A stretch of 57,409 bases of DNA, the filler included, from Platydemus manokwari (lineage: Eukaryota), in the NCBI GenBank assembly GCA_037951405.1. It is 5 parts of 5 records of this genome, joined end to end, with 100 filler letters (N's around TTAATTAATTAA, not from the genome) between each part and the next. Parts side by side here need not be neighbours in the genome. Positions count along the whole stretch, not along the records: positions 25,105 to 34,067 come from JBBMOY011321871.1; positions 34,168 to 48,512 come from JBBMOY011478085.1; 3 more parts are not named here. The stretch is one strand, 5' to 3'. The notes under the pieces are model-generated. The model did no database searches. It saw nothing but the letters and a program-made list of their open reading frames with translations, and was not told the DNA's origin. Of this stretch, positions 25,690 through 37,900 are shown in pieces. Made by a program: the position numbers and the translations under genes. How positions within the stretch are numbered: position 1 is the stretch's first letter; the number at the start of each line of letters is the position of its first letter.

Positions 25690-28600
25690 AAATGGAACTC
25701 TAATGATTATTACTATGAGAATAAATCAAGAAGACCAAGTAAAGGTAGATGGAACAAAAAACACAGGCTCATGACACAAACACAGCAATCATAAATGACT
25801 CCTCGCATACTCCCATCAATACGAAAGAAGATACTAAAAAGACAAAATCAGAATCAATCTCAGAGAAAGAACTTGATCTGGACAAGTCAACAAAAACTCA
25901 AGAAAACCAACAATAACAATACCACCAACAAACGATAGAAACAACAGACTGGAAAATGAATTAGTAGCCCTGAAAGAATTACTACATGAAACTATTAACA
26001 CGATTAGAAACATGGACAAGAATAAGGAAGAATCTATAGAATCAAGTGATAATAAAGAAAGTATTGAAGATATCAAGAAAAATCCTGACGGTACTTTATT
26101 CGATCTATTTACACCATCAGTCAGCTCGTCTCCACTTCGCAATAACTACTGCTACACAATGGGCCGTAAAACAAACCGAGGTCCACCAAAGCTGGAATTC
26201 AATGAAAACCTAATCCCCCGACTCAACAGACAATGTTGATGGGGTAGTGCTGGGGACAGCTCCGGTATCAAGAACACACTGTCCTCAGTACCAGAGAACA
26301 CTTTATGGTTTACCGGAGACCAGATTGATCACTACATAAAGCATAACTTATCAAGAACAAAAAGACACTTCTACCCAGGAACACACACTGTAGAAATTAT
26401 CACAACCAAACGTGTTGGTCTTCCAGAAATAGGTGTGGACATGTTTGAATTTAAACGATCATCCATGTTTTTGACTGCGGGCAACATAGATAATATGCAC
26501 TGGGTGTTGGTAATTAAGAGAAGACGGGGTGCAGAGATTTTAGACTCCCTTGGTGGATAGAGCTCATATAAATTCAAGACAAAATCCAAAGTAGATCTAT
26601 TACTATACTTTATCAGAATTATCCGCAATGGGCACAAAACATTCTATCGAAAAAGTCAAAACACACAAATAGACAGCTACAGAGTAATGGAAATGATTGC
26701 GGTCCATTAGTCTGCGGCTGCGCAAGAAACATTTCCAATGGTAGACAATGCACAGATATTGATATTAATGAAATAAGAGAGTCTTTCCAACATATTGGAA
26801 ATTACAATAAAGAGATTTCATTAATTTGTGTCGGTCACGGTTAAGGGAAGATGAATAGCAAAGAATACTAAATATATATTTCTCAGAAAAGCATATGAGG
26901 ATACTTGCTCAACTAGATTTCAAGGCAAGAAAATTCCTGGTGTTAGACCTACACCTGGCCACAGCAATAGCAAGAGATGAAATCGAAGATATAATTGACA
27001 ATCTCAGCTTTAAATTCTTCAAAAATAGGTAATACATCTTTTCCAATACTCCTAAAATCCAAAAGATAGGTCCTAATAACGACCAACATACAAGAAGAAG
27101 AAATTGCACTACTAGACCCAGGATCAGACGAAGTAACGGAGGAATGTTGGTATTACCCGTAGCCAATAGTAAAAGCAAATCGACTTTTGAAACAAGAAGA
27201 ATTCTCGCCTCGGAACTAACAACTAAAATTAAAAAAGAAGACCTGAATACTAAATACAAGAAATTTGTCGAATATGTAAAAGACTTATGCGAGATAAAGG
27301 AGGCAACGAATCCTTACTTTGGGACCAATTATTTGAGCGACAATAGAGGAAAACGGACGTTTGCTTAAGACAGCTATACAAGATATCGCCGGCCACAGCT
27401 TTCGAAATTGCCACCAAATCGAATGACACCTATTGCTGCCTGGCTAAAGAAGATTTTGAATTACATTACACCAGGAAACAGAACGAGTCACTAAAATTGC
27501 AAGAATGTATAAGAAACTGTACCTCACCGATATCGAAGAGACATTTCCGTCAATCAACACAGAAGTATTATTCATAATTTTGGAAAGAATGGGTATGGCC
27601 GAATCGGCAATCAAGATAATAAAAGCGCTATATAGAGACTGCAGAACATCCTTCATTTGCAATAGATTAGTCACGAAAGAAATACCAATAACAAGATGGG
27701 TTAGGCAAGGATGCCCGATATCAATGCTGCTCTTTAATACAGCAATAAATCCGATTTTGGTACAGTTGGAAGAAGAAAGCAGCTGCGGTATTATGTTAAA
27801 AGAACACAAAATCACGGCCTTTTCCTAAGCTGATGATATAGCTTTGATTGATACAGATTTAATTGCATGTCAGACCGTGCTGACAAAGTCAAGTGAACTA
27901 GCCCACCATCTTGGCTTCAAATTCAAGCCTTCAAAATGTGGACACGTCTGGAATATCAAGAGTAACCAAAAGATCAAAGCACTAGAGATAAGAAATCAAG
28001 ATATACCACAGATTGCTATGGAGGACCATTACCGATACCTGGGAGTCAATTTCTCACTTAAACTACATAACTCAATAGAGAGCCTGGGAGTAGAACTCAA
28101 AACCATTACAGAAAAGTTATCAGAATGCATCCTACTCCCATGGCAGAAGATTGATGCATATAACACATTTATTCCCAGTAAAGTAATTTTCTTCGGCCGA
28201 AATTACTTACAAAGTTGGACGAAATGGACATCCAGATAGGAAAAATATTGAAGAAAATACTCGGAGTTCCAAAATTCTGTTCCACCAACTTTTTATATGC
28301 AACAAGAGCAAAGGGCGGATGCGGACTCCGTAGTACCTCGGCAGAGTACACATTACAATCAAAAGTGCATGGGCTGGCACCCAAAGACATCTCCCAGGAA
28401 TCGTTAAAAAGAAGTGATCCTAATAAATCAAGCAATATTCAAGAATCGTTAGAATGGTTGAACTCTCATATAAAGAGGACAGATCGGAGTTTAACATGGT
28501 GTGGCAAAGTACGTGAAGCAATTAAACACGCTCAGAATAAGTTGTACACGAACAACCAATTCAAGATTATTGTTAATGAAATAGGTATTAAGGCGTCTCA

Positions 28601-29680
28601 AAATGTTATAACTGATGAAGGTGAGGTGTTGAGAGAGGCATTAGTTGGTCACAAGAAAATCCAAGAACTACCTAAATTATTAAGGCAATGTTTCACGAGA
28701 AGTTATCAAATTAAATGGCTCAAGCAGATTAGAAGTGGTAGATATACTGAACTAATGCCCTTAATTAGCCCTCAATGGAACAAGATAGTGTTTGGAGGGG
28801 GCCTGACCATAGCTGAGTTTTTGTTCATCAACAAGGCTAGGTCACACGTTCTCCCAACGTTGAACAAGAAAAATATGAGAGGACAACAATGTCGGAAATG
28901 CCTCTTTGATACTGAAACACAGACACGTGTTTACATTGTGTAAAGCGTCTAACAGTTTCCTCCTGTTCAGACATGGCAAGATAATAGACATAATTTCAAG
29001 CTATATAAACCAACATACTGATTGTGTCGCCCATGTGGAAAAGAGTTGCCAATTTACAGGTTCTAAACAGGGTTAATTTACAAGTAGTGATTGATCGCAC
29101 TAGCACAATCACTCTGATTGATGTTAAGTGCCCCATGGACGATCCAATATTATTAAATAATGCTGACCTTAACAATTTAGACAAATACGACCCATTAAGA
29201 AAAGAAATCAAGAAAAGATATCCAGATTTGACAGTTGAACTCCACACCTTCATAATTGGTGTGTTTGGTGCCTGGGGTTCAACTCATAATACTATACTTA
29301 AAAAATTAGGTTTTCAATTGGACACGGTGAGTGAAATAACATAACTGTATCCATTCCAACATCAAGTCAGCCAGTAAGCAGTAGGAATTCCACCAAGGTA
29401 AGAACACTCTATTGCCAACTAACTCAATATCAAATTCAAATATTACTAAACCTGCAGACATTTCTTCAGAGGAGGCCGACTACTCCGAGGACGAAGAAAT
29501 GTTTGACAGATTTGGTTAATCAAGTCAAAAATTTTCAAAGTCAAAAGGAGGATTCTGCTATACGAAAGGAAGTGAAGAAGGAGGAATGCGTTTATGTGAT
29601 ATGAAGCCCTGCCAGTTGTGGTCAGGTCTTGGACTTAGTCCAAGTTATGTCAAACTTAAATTGTTTTGTAAATAAATATT
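25690..29680 (+). mobile_element. Decayed NeSL/R5-type non-LTR retrotransposon: Ulp1-like cysteine protease, RT, CCHC finger, restriction-like endonuclease
   Basis: Protease: WFTGDQIDHY, NMHWVLV, ILDSL, QSNGNDCG (26300-26715). RT: LTDIEETFPSI, VRQGCPISMLLFN, *ADD (YADD destroyed by a stop), FKPSKC, YRYLGV. Then KGGCGL, CRKC..ETQ..RH, and RLE motifs IDVKCP, DKY, IGVFGAW. AATAAA at 29671-29676. Many stops and frameshifts; the 5' boundary is approximate. Confidence 0.9.
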
Positions 29681-30848
29681 AGTTTTTTTAATTTAGCGTA
29701 CTAAAACAAATTTCAATTTTTATAAGTAAATTTCTATTTTAGTTATCATTATTATTTTAGGCGCTTTATTTACCATTTTATGTTGTCCAATTTTAGTTTA
29801 TTTTTATTAAAAACTTCAATTACAATTTTTTTGAATTGTTATTGATATTGTTATATTACACACACACATATATATTACAAATACAAATATACATTGATAA
29901 TTAATGAAGGACTTAGAAGTATATGGGTTTAAAATAAATATTTGAGACAAATTTAAAATGATTGAATCACAAATGTCTCGATCTTTCCATCATTTGGGAT
30001 TGCCGCTTCTGTCTTCAACATGTCTTTTCTTTGGTTCCAGTCGTTCTTTTCGGGCTACTCTCCCGATAAACTACTCCATCCCAGTTTCTTTTCTCATCTA
30101 ACTTGGCAATTTCCGAGCATTAGGTAATTAATTCTTTACGAAATATAAATAATTGACAAATTGACTTTTGAAGATTTTGACCTTTTGTATCTTTACAACA
30201 ATAGCCTATTCCTACTTCCGCTTTATAATAACTTTAGTTCATCTTAACATTTTGTACAATATATCAAAATTTTGCAATTTTTTTGAAGGTTTTGATGGAA
30301 TTCTACTAGCCTGTGCTAAGTAGTATCTGGTGAGTGGTTATAAGAGGTAATTCAATTAGTAGAACTCGATGAATTATATGTGCACTATTCAAATGATTAT
30401 TAGAACCGGAATAATGATGATTCCATCAATAATCCGACTTTAATCAGTAATTAGGATGCGTGTAATAATTAAGGTGTAATAATACTGATAACTATAATGA
30501 TGATATAAACAATAACAAAATGATAATTCAATACGTCTATTATACTAAAAATTAACAAATGTGTTATGCTATAATTTTGACATATGAGAGTGGTGTGTCC
30601 TGAAGAGGTTTAAAACAAACCGACGTAAGGAACTATGTGCCGCCTTACTTCGGACGAGATGTGATTTTAGCTTTATGAGATTTTAGTTTATGAGCTCACG
30701 TCTGCAAACCCTTGCGGCTTTGTACCGTTCGCAGTGAATTTGTAAATGAGTATCAGTACAAACTCTTACGACTTTGTACGTTACCCATACGTATACAACA
30801 AAAATTTATCGCGTGCATCTGTTTGAATACGGGTTCGCCAAATAATTG

Positions 30849-30912
30849 TTGGTTTTCAACTGGAAATAGTCAAACTCAAATATAAACAAAACTTGGCTTT
30901 CAACTGGCAATT
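30849..30912 (+). repeat. Two short copies of the terminal motif of the dispersed repeat
   Basis: TTGGTTTTCAACTGGAAA and AAAACTTGGCTTTCAACTGGCA; the latter is identical to 7762-7783. Confidence 0.7.
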
Positions 30913-33900
30913 TTGCCAAGAATGGACGCTTTTTATAATGCCTTCGCACACAATTGATTCATTTAAACAAATTATTCTGAAACATTAATAATTTCTATTT
31001 TTTGATTTAACTAAATTATTAACGATTTTTCTTTTAGAATTTTTTTGATAAATTGCAAGAAGGCAGAGAGTCAGATTAATCAAGATACTTGGTGACTATT
31101 AAATGTAGATCATTTCAATGATTTTAAAGAATTTATTGATCAAAACAACAAATATTTTGTTACACTAGCAAATATCTTGTAGTAAAAATAAAAATTATAA
31201 AAAGTCAACTGATATATTATTTGTCCTGGCAAAAAGGAACAGTAAACATTTTAAGAGACTTATGAATGATAGTAAAAGGAAATCACACTGTTGAGATTTT
31301 TATACAATTAACGTATAGAAATTCCAACATTATTAGTTTTTCTTAAATGTTTGTGTCCTAATTATTTCCCGTTTTTTATCACAAGAATATTCAACATTGT
31401 GCAAGAATTATTTATTAAGCATACATATATTAATTACTTATCTAGCCGTATGACGCAGAGCACATGTGTACCAAAGAATAATAAATTTTCGGGTAATTAT
31501 TTTTCATAATTTTGACACACTAGACATATTTAGTTAAATATTTATGTTAAAGTACTCATGTTTGTATTGCGTAACACGTTGCGTTATAGTATTAGAGTTT
31601 ATACGATCTAATAATACCCAATTTAAATATAATCATTTTCTTATTGTGTCATACGAATTAAATGACGGAAATATTTTTAAAACAATGAAAAATGAAGTAC
31701 AAATGAAACAAAATTCTCCAACATATCACGTGATTATATTTGTCATCAATTTCTAATTAATTTCCTAATAAGTTGTTTATGTTTATTAGTTTGTGGTTGT
31801 TAGTATGTCAAAAGAAAACAAATCAATTACAAAATAATAGTAATAATTTTAACCTTTTGAGACATCTCGAAATTAGTGAAGACACATTTCAATTTCTTAT
31901 GGAATACTTTGTGATTATTATCATCAAATCGTTTTTGAATAAATTCATCGATTTTGTGCTGAAATTATAATTTTATATTTTAAACAGCATATACTTGCTA
32001 ATCTTATATTTTATAACTTTCAAATAGAATTTCAAAACCACCTTAGCTGCTTATTTTAAGGTTTCTAATAGACTAAGCGAAAATCGTTGATAGCAGCCGG
32101 TGATTGACAGTGCAAATATTTTATGACGAAAAACATGTAAAAACTGGAATATTATTATTAACAATATTTGAGTTAAATTTGTGTGATGATATTTATTTCA
32201 TATAAATGTGACTAAAGGCAATTTAATATTTATTTTATTCTGCGATTTAATGGCTGAATTATTACATTATTTTCATTAATTAGCAATTTTTTATCGTTGG
32301 ATTTTTCCTGTAATAAATTCAAAACCAAAAAATAAATTATTATTTAAAACCCAAAACTAGCAAATATAATTCTGAATTATAAAAAATAGTCCTGAGAATT
32401 TTATTGGAAATGTTAAAATTAATTGTTTTGTCTTGTTATTTATATTTATTTTCTCAGAAACACATATTGGGCCACTGTTTTTACCATATTTATCAAAAAT
32501 ATCTCATGTTTATGACAAATTTGTTTTATTGATCATAAAAAATATTTGTGATAATAACCTTCTCTAAGAAATGATGAAAACCAATTCCATCACCTCAATT
32601 ACCTCGTTATAAATCCATAGAAATAGCACTAAACAATATTCTTCAATACTAAAGCATAATACTCTAAATCATAACTATTCTATAATGCAACACCGTAAAT
32701 CAATAGACAATTATTCTAAATAATCTTGCAACCAATCTTATCAAATCCATCACTTTTACCAAGGACCACTGGATTTTATCAAATCTAAATTCCCATACTC
32801 CATTAAATCTAATTTCAGATATTCTTATCAATTCCTATTAGTAATCAGCAGCAGGTCAACTGTTCAGAAATAATCTTATCAATCACCGTAAACAGTCAGC
32901 TCAATATTCTCAAATTATAAAAATAATATTTGGATAATTTTCATTTGTGCTGCAACAGACATTTTTGCCGTTTTTCATTTAGCTTATTTATCTTGTGCTG
33001 TGAATTGTTATGGTAACGAATATTATGTTTATTTATATTGAATAACATTGTATTCTGACTTTAATTTTTATCGTTTTAACTGCAGAGTGATTTTCATGAT
33101 ATATTTATTCAGTGTAGACTTGACTAAATAACAATAGGTGTTGATAGAAATAATGGCCATGATTAGATAGTGATCTTGACTAATGGGTACATTATCCTTA
33201 TAAATGTCAAATTGGAAAAGGGTTCAACTGAAAATAGCGATGACAAATTAATTTTATAATATTGTAAAAAAAAAGCAATAGTAGAAAGCAAATAAAAGAA
33301 TATTTAAATAAATGTCGAAAATGAATAATCACTAAATAAATTAATGAATAATCATAATAAATAAGAAAATTAAATAAAATAATAACACTTATTATGATTA
33401 TTATGATAAATACAATAAAGCGAAATCATTAAGAGAATGACAATGAAAAATATTTCAAAATGAGAATAATGAGAAATTAGAATCAAATAAAACTCAGACT
33501 TTGACAAAATGTAAAATAAACCAGATCTATCTAACTCACGAAAATTATAAATAATAATCAAGCAGTGTGGAATTAGTAAGTCAAAGTTGTCGGGCTATTT
33601 TTTTTTAAAATTATATATTTCTTGAAATAATATTAAGTTTTGAATTCCTTTTCCTAAATTTTGACTATTGTAAAGGAGAACTCAAGAGTTAAACTCAAAC
33701 AGCAATTTTTAATAGAAAATATCATTGTTAAATTAGACAATTATCCATTTATTTGTAGAATTCAACATTCGAATCATATTCATTCCTTCATTCATCCCAA
33801 AGGTCGGAAAATAGTCTTTCATTATCATTTGAATTTGTTTTGTGTTTGTTATGAAATGAGTACCGACTTTACAATAAATAATGTTGTTCATATAATTATA

Positions 33901-34067
33901 TAATTTGTTAATTATTCTCATTTGTCTCCTGAGTTCTTTTTAGTCTCTGTGACTAAATATAATTGTCGAATTCTGTATTTTTTGTTCATTGTTGTTTTGT
34001 TTTATTGTACACTCTAGCAAATCGTTTTAATATATTTTCAGCGTTTACGTGGTGCTATATATATATA

Positions 34068-34167
34068 NNNNNNNNNNNNNNNNNNNNNNNNNNNNNNNNN
34101 NNNNNNNNNNNTTAATTAATTAANNNNNNNNNNNNNNNNNNNNNNNNNNNNNNNNNNNNNNNNNNNN
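34068..34167. other. Artificial assembly spacer (preceded by an (AT)n run)
   Basis: 44 N + TTAATTAATTAA + 44 N. Confidence 0.97.
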
Positions 34168-34200
34168 AATTGATGATATTTATGTAAACCTCTTTTAGGG

Positions 34201-34210
34201 TTAAATATAA
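34201..34210 (+). promoter_or_regulatory. Candidate TATA box of the U6-like unit
   Basis: TTAAATATAA lies at -30 to -21 from the G at 34231, the spacing expected for type 3 Pol III promoters. This is weak evidence in such AT-rich DNA. Confidence 0.3.
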
Positions 34211-34230
34211 TTGAAAATTTGCATTTATTT

Positions 34231-34324
34231 GTACGATGAAATAACGATATTGTATATCTCCAGAGAAGATTAGCATGGCTCCTGCGCAAGGATGACGTAC
34301 ATTTAACAATAAAGATACATTTTT
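34231..34324 (+). ncRNA. U6 snRNA-like sequence (divergent variant gene or pseudogene)
   Basis: 34261-34296 CAGAGAAGATTAGCATGGCTCCTGCGCAAGGATGAC matches the metazoan U6 core at 35 of 36 nt (CAGAGA, AGC triad, ISL). AACGATA lies at 34243-34249 and a T5 run at 34320-34324. The flanks do not match canonical U6. The U6 origin of the core is near certain; function and 5' end are not. Confidence 0.75.
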
Positions 34325-34980
34325 CATTCCATTTTGAATAATAATAATATAATTTATAATAATAATACATTATATTGAGTAATTAAATAAATAAATTAAT
34401 AATAATTATTATGATTATAATAAAAAATAATTATTTTCAATGGTGTTTAATCATATTATTTGTACTTACTTGAGGTTTTTACCAGGTACAATAAAGATAA
34501 ATTAAGATTATTCTTATGCCTATTGTACTGCTAAGGACATTGAAATAGTCAGGAAACACACATATTTCATGATTATGATTTCAGTTTAGTAATTCAGTAT
34601 TTACCAGAAAGATGGTTTAGTTAATGAGAGACTCAAAATAACAGAGCTACATGTTTAAAATTTTAATTTCACAAAAGACTGCTTTCAATATTCTGTACAA
34701 TGTGGTCAAATTGAAAAAACTAAACGAAAAACTCGACCTATAAAGATCTTTATTAATTTTATATGAAATGAAAGTGCATCTGCTGATTAATTTGGAGCTT
34801 GTTTCGATGGTTGATATATTTATTGTGGATAAATCGGCGTAAATTAATATTGAGATGATTTATTCGGCGCATTATAACAACTAATACATTTCAATAGAGG
34901 AAATATCCATCAATAAATGATATCATTCAGTGACCATTAATAGAGAAATTTGTGAGTCCAATCGATATTATAATATTTAC

Positions 34981-37900
34981 CTGTGTAGACTCATTGGGAA
35001 AATATATTTTATGATGAATAATCTTCCCTATTTGAACAGAATTAACCTCTATTGGATGCGGAGGGTATCGTCTTTGACCCGACCTGAAAAATAAAATCAT
35101 AGAAATATCATGTAGAAGATATGTAGGTGTGTGTGTACTTCAGTGTTTTTTGTAGCCTCGACTGACATTCAATTGCTAGCGGCGACTTAGCCGTACGGAA
35201 AATTTCTTGTAATTCGCGATGAAAGTTAGCACTAGGAACCATGATTCCAGTAGCTAACCAAATAAGTTCCCATCCAGATTTCTCACTCTGCCTGTTACAA
35301 TATTTTATCATACCGATGACCAGCTTTTGTAATAACTTACGGATTTGGGTTCAAAGTAATTTGTTTGATCAACTGACAGTATATCTCATCCTTCAGCAGT
35401 TCACACTTTAGACATGGGCTAAAAATATTTTCAACGATTTCACTTGAACTATCCTTCTTGGAGGGCTGATCACCGATGTATTGAAGTATATAATTGAAAC
35501 ATGAGAGGGCCTGGTGACTAAGCTCGTCCTTGTTCAGTAATTTCTTCAACAATGGCTGCTTTAACATATGTCGACTATGTTTCCACAACTCGTCTTCACT
35601 TTCCTTATTTCCTCCAATAGAGAAAAGTCTATTTTCAGTCGTAACGACTCTGAGTACGAAGTAAATGTCAAATAAAAGACCATCAATAGTAGTACCGGAA
35701 GTAGATTTTACTGAATTCTTCGAGGGTGTGTTGCTTACCAATGATTTCGGAGCTAGATACACCATCAAGTTTGTATGTAAAGTCGATACTGGTGAACAAT
35801 GCAAGAATCTTTGCCGAAGGGAAATTTATTATTGGAAGAATATAGACGATATCAACTGGAAAATCTCCAGATTCTTTAGTACGATAATTCTCTCCATAAT
35901 ACCAATCTACAAAGGGCAATTTACGGTAGTTTTCATCGCTTTCCAGAATGATCAAATCGCCTTTCTCACAAGACAAGAAAGAAGGATCTGAACAAAGCGA
36001 AATTGAGATGACTTATTGAAAAATAGTGATAACCTGGTTTGGAAAATGTCTGTACAGCAATTAAATAGTGACTGCGTTCCTTTAGACCTTCTAAGAACAT
36101 GATAATGAGATCTCTAATATCCTCTGAATTGGCACAGTTGAATGTATAATGATCACCTTTAACTGTTGCAAGAGACAGTGACTGACCGTGTAGTCTGTTT
36201 GTTCTAAAGATGATGAATAAAAATGATTAATGGAGAGACTCTTTCAACAATTAAGAAATCTTTATAAAGCTAATAGTCAACAAAGCGGCTGAGAGAATAT
36301 CTGCACTACAATGGAGCTACTACATTTCCAGCATCACCTACCCTGTTGGGAAAAAATTAGTAGTGCTGAACATAAGAATAATGAGACAAATTATCGATTG
36401 GCTCTAATTTATAAGTCGAAAATTCAATAAAAAATCATATTACCGACTGGATGAGACTGCCACTATCTCAGGAAATGACAACTCCAAATGAATCTTTTCA
36501 TTCGAGTCGACAAGGTATACGCCAGTCCAATTGACAGTGAAAATAATTTCATTGGTCGCAAGAGAAGGGCCAGAAAATTTCACAGCTTCATAAAACCTAG
36601 AAAAAAGCATCGGCCATTTCAGCCGAGCAAATGTAACCGTTTCCTCTTTTAATTTATCTTTACAAGCAGCTTTCTGTGACTCCAACAACCGTTTTGTAGC
36701 CTGAAATGAATTTTCAACAAATATCAACACTCCTAATTTTACCTTATTCAATAAATTGATAAAATATCTTTTTTTCTCTTTGGTCCCTTCTATCAGTGAT
36801 TGTGGAAGATATTTGGCCAACACTTCATCAGATTGGTCTACCACATTATCGATATGTAATTGGTATGCGAACAATCTGCAGAGATCCTCATCCTAGAAAG
36901 TTAATTCAAGGCCATTAATGCCATTTTATCAACATGCGAAACCCACCGTTTCACAACGATATTCACCATATTTCAAACCTCTCATAATCTGATGATAAAT
37001 GAGATTTGTTGCAACTTTGCATTCGCAAGGGTTGTGCCAAGGAGTAAATATCTCTTTACGAAAAAACAATCTCCACTGAGCTTTAGATTCTGGGAGACCT
37101 TTTTCTTTTGCGAATTGTTCACACTGACTGATGGCATCCATAACGTGATCACTACTACTTCCAATAGAAGACACCTATTAAATTTCTCAATCAATCCTAC
37201 TAACAAGATATTAATTATGAAAATAGTGAAAATAATCATTAAAATATTTATGACAATTTGGTGACTGAACCATCAACAATTCCCACAATAAATTTATTGG
37301 AAAGAGATCAGTTACCCTTTGGAGCATTAATCAGACATAATTATAATAAAATATTTTATATTAAACCTAAAATACCTTGTCAAAGATAGCAACAAACAAA
37401 GAGAATCCAAAATTATCTTTTAGTCCGATCTTTTGAGAAAGAACGGAACATAATTCTTGAGCTGTCGATGCAGAATCTGCGAATATCGTCTCAGTAAGTC
37501 CATTCATAAATCCGACAGCGAGAACTATTGGCTCTTTATGTTTTATTGCTTTTAGCTCCAGCCAACTTGGTGGTTGATTGCGAGTACCATTGGCGAATGT
37601 TCGCTGTAAGCGAGATACAATAAAAGTGGCATATTCGGGAAAATTGGACTGAATAAAGTTACGAAGGGTTCGCACGAATTTGTCCGATGGGGCAAAACAA
37701 CCGATGCACAGAATAAGCAAAATTAAACCTAAATATCAGATAAAAGTGAAATAAATCAATGATTATATAAGTCTGTTTGAGGCGACTTTTTAAAACATTG
37801 TTAGAAACGAGGGATTGATTGCACTGATATTAAGCTGGGATCATAAATGATGACATCACATGATAAGATAGTAGTGCTAGGTAATAATATTTCGCTGGAA

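Noticed and set aside
7762-30912. CRISPR-like or regularly spaced array
   Set aside because: Copies are long, diverged, irregularly spaced and in both orientations, in eukaryotic DNA.
25690-34324. Idea that the NeSL-type element targets or mobilised the U6-like sequence
   Set aside because: They are 4.5 kb apart on different contigs and share no junction sequence.
34112-34370. Minus-strand ORFs containing RHPCAGAMLIFS
   Set aside because: They are the antisense translation of the U6 core and run into the N gap.
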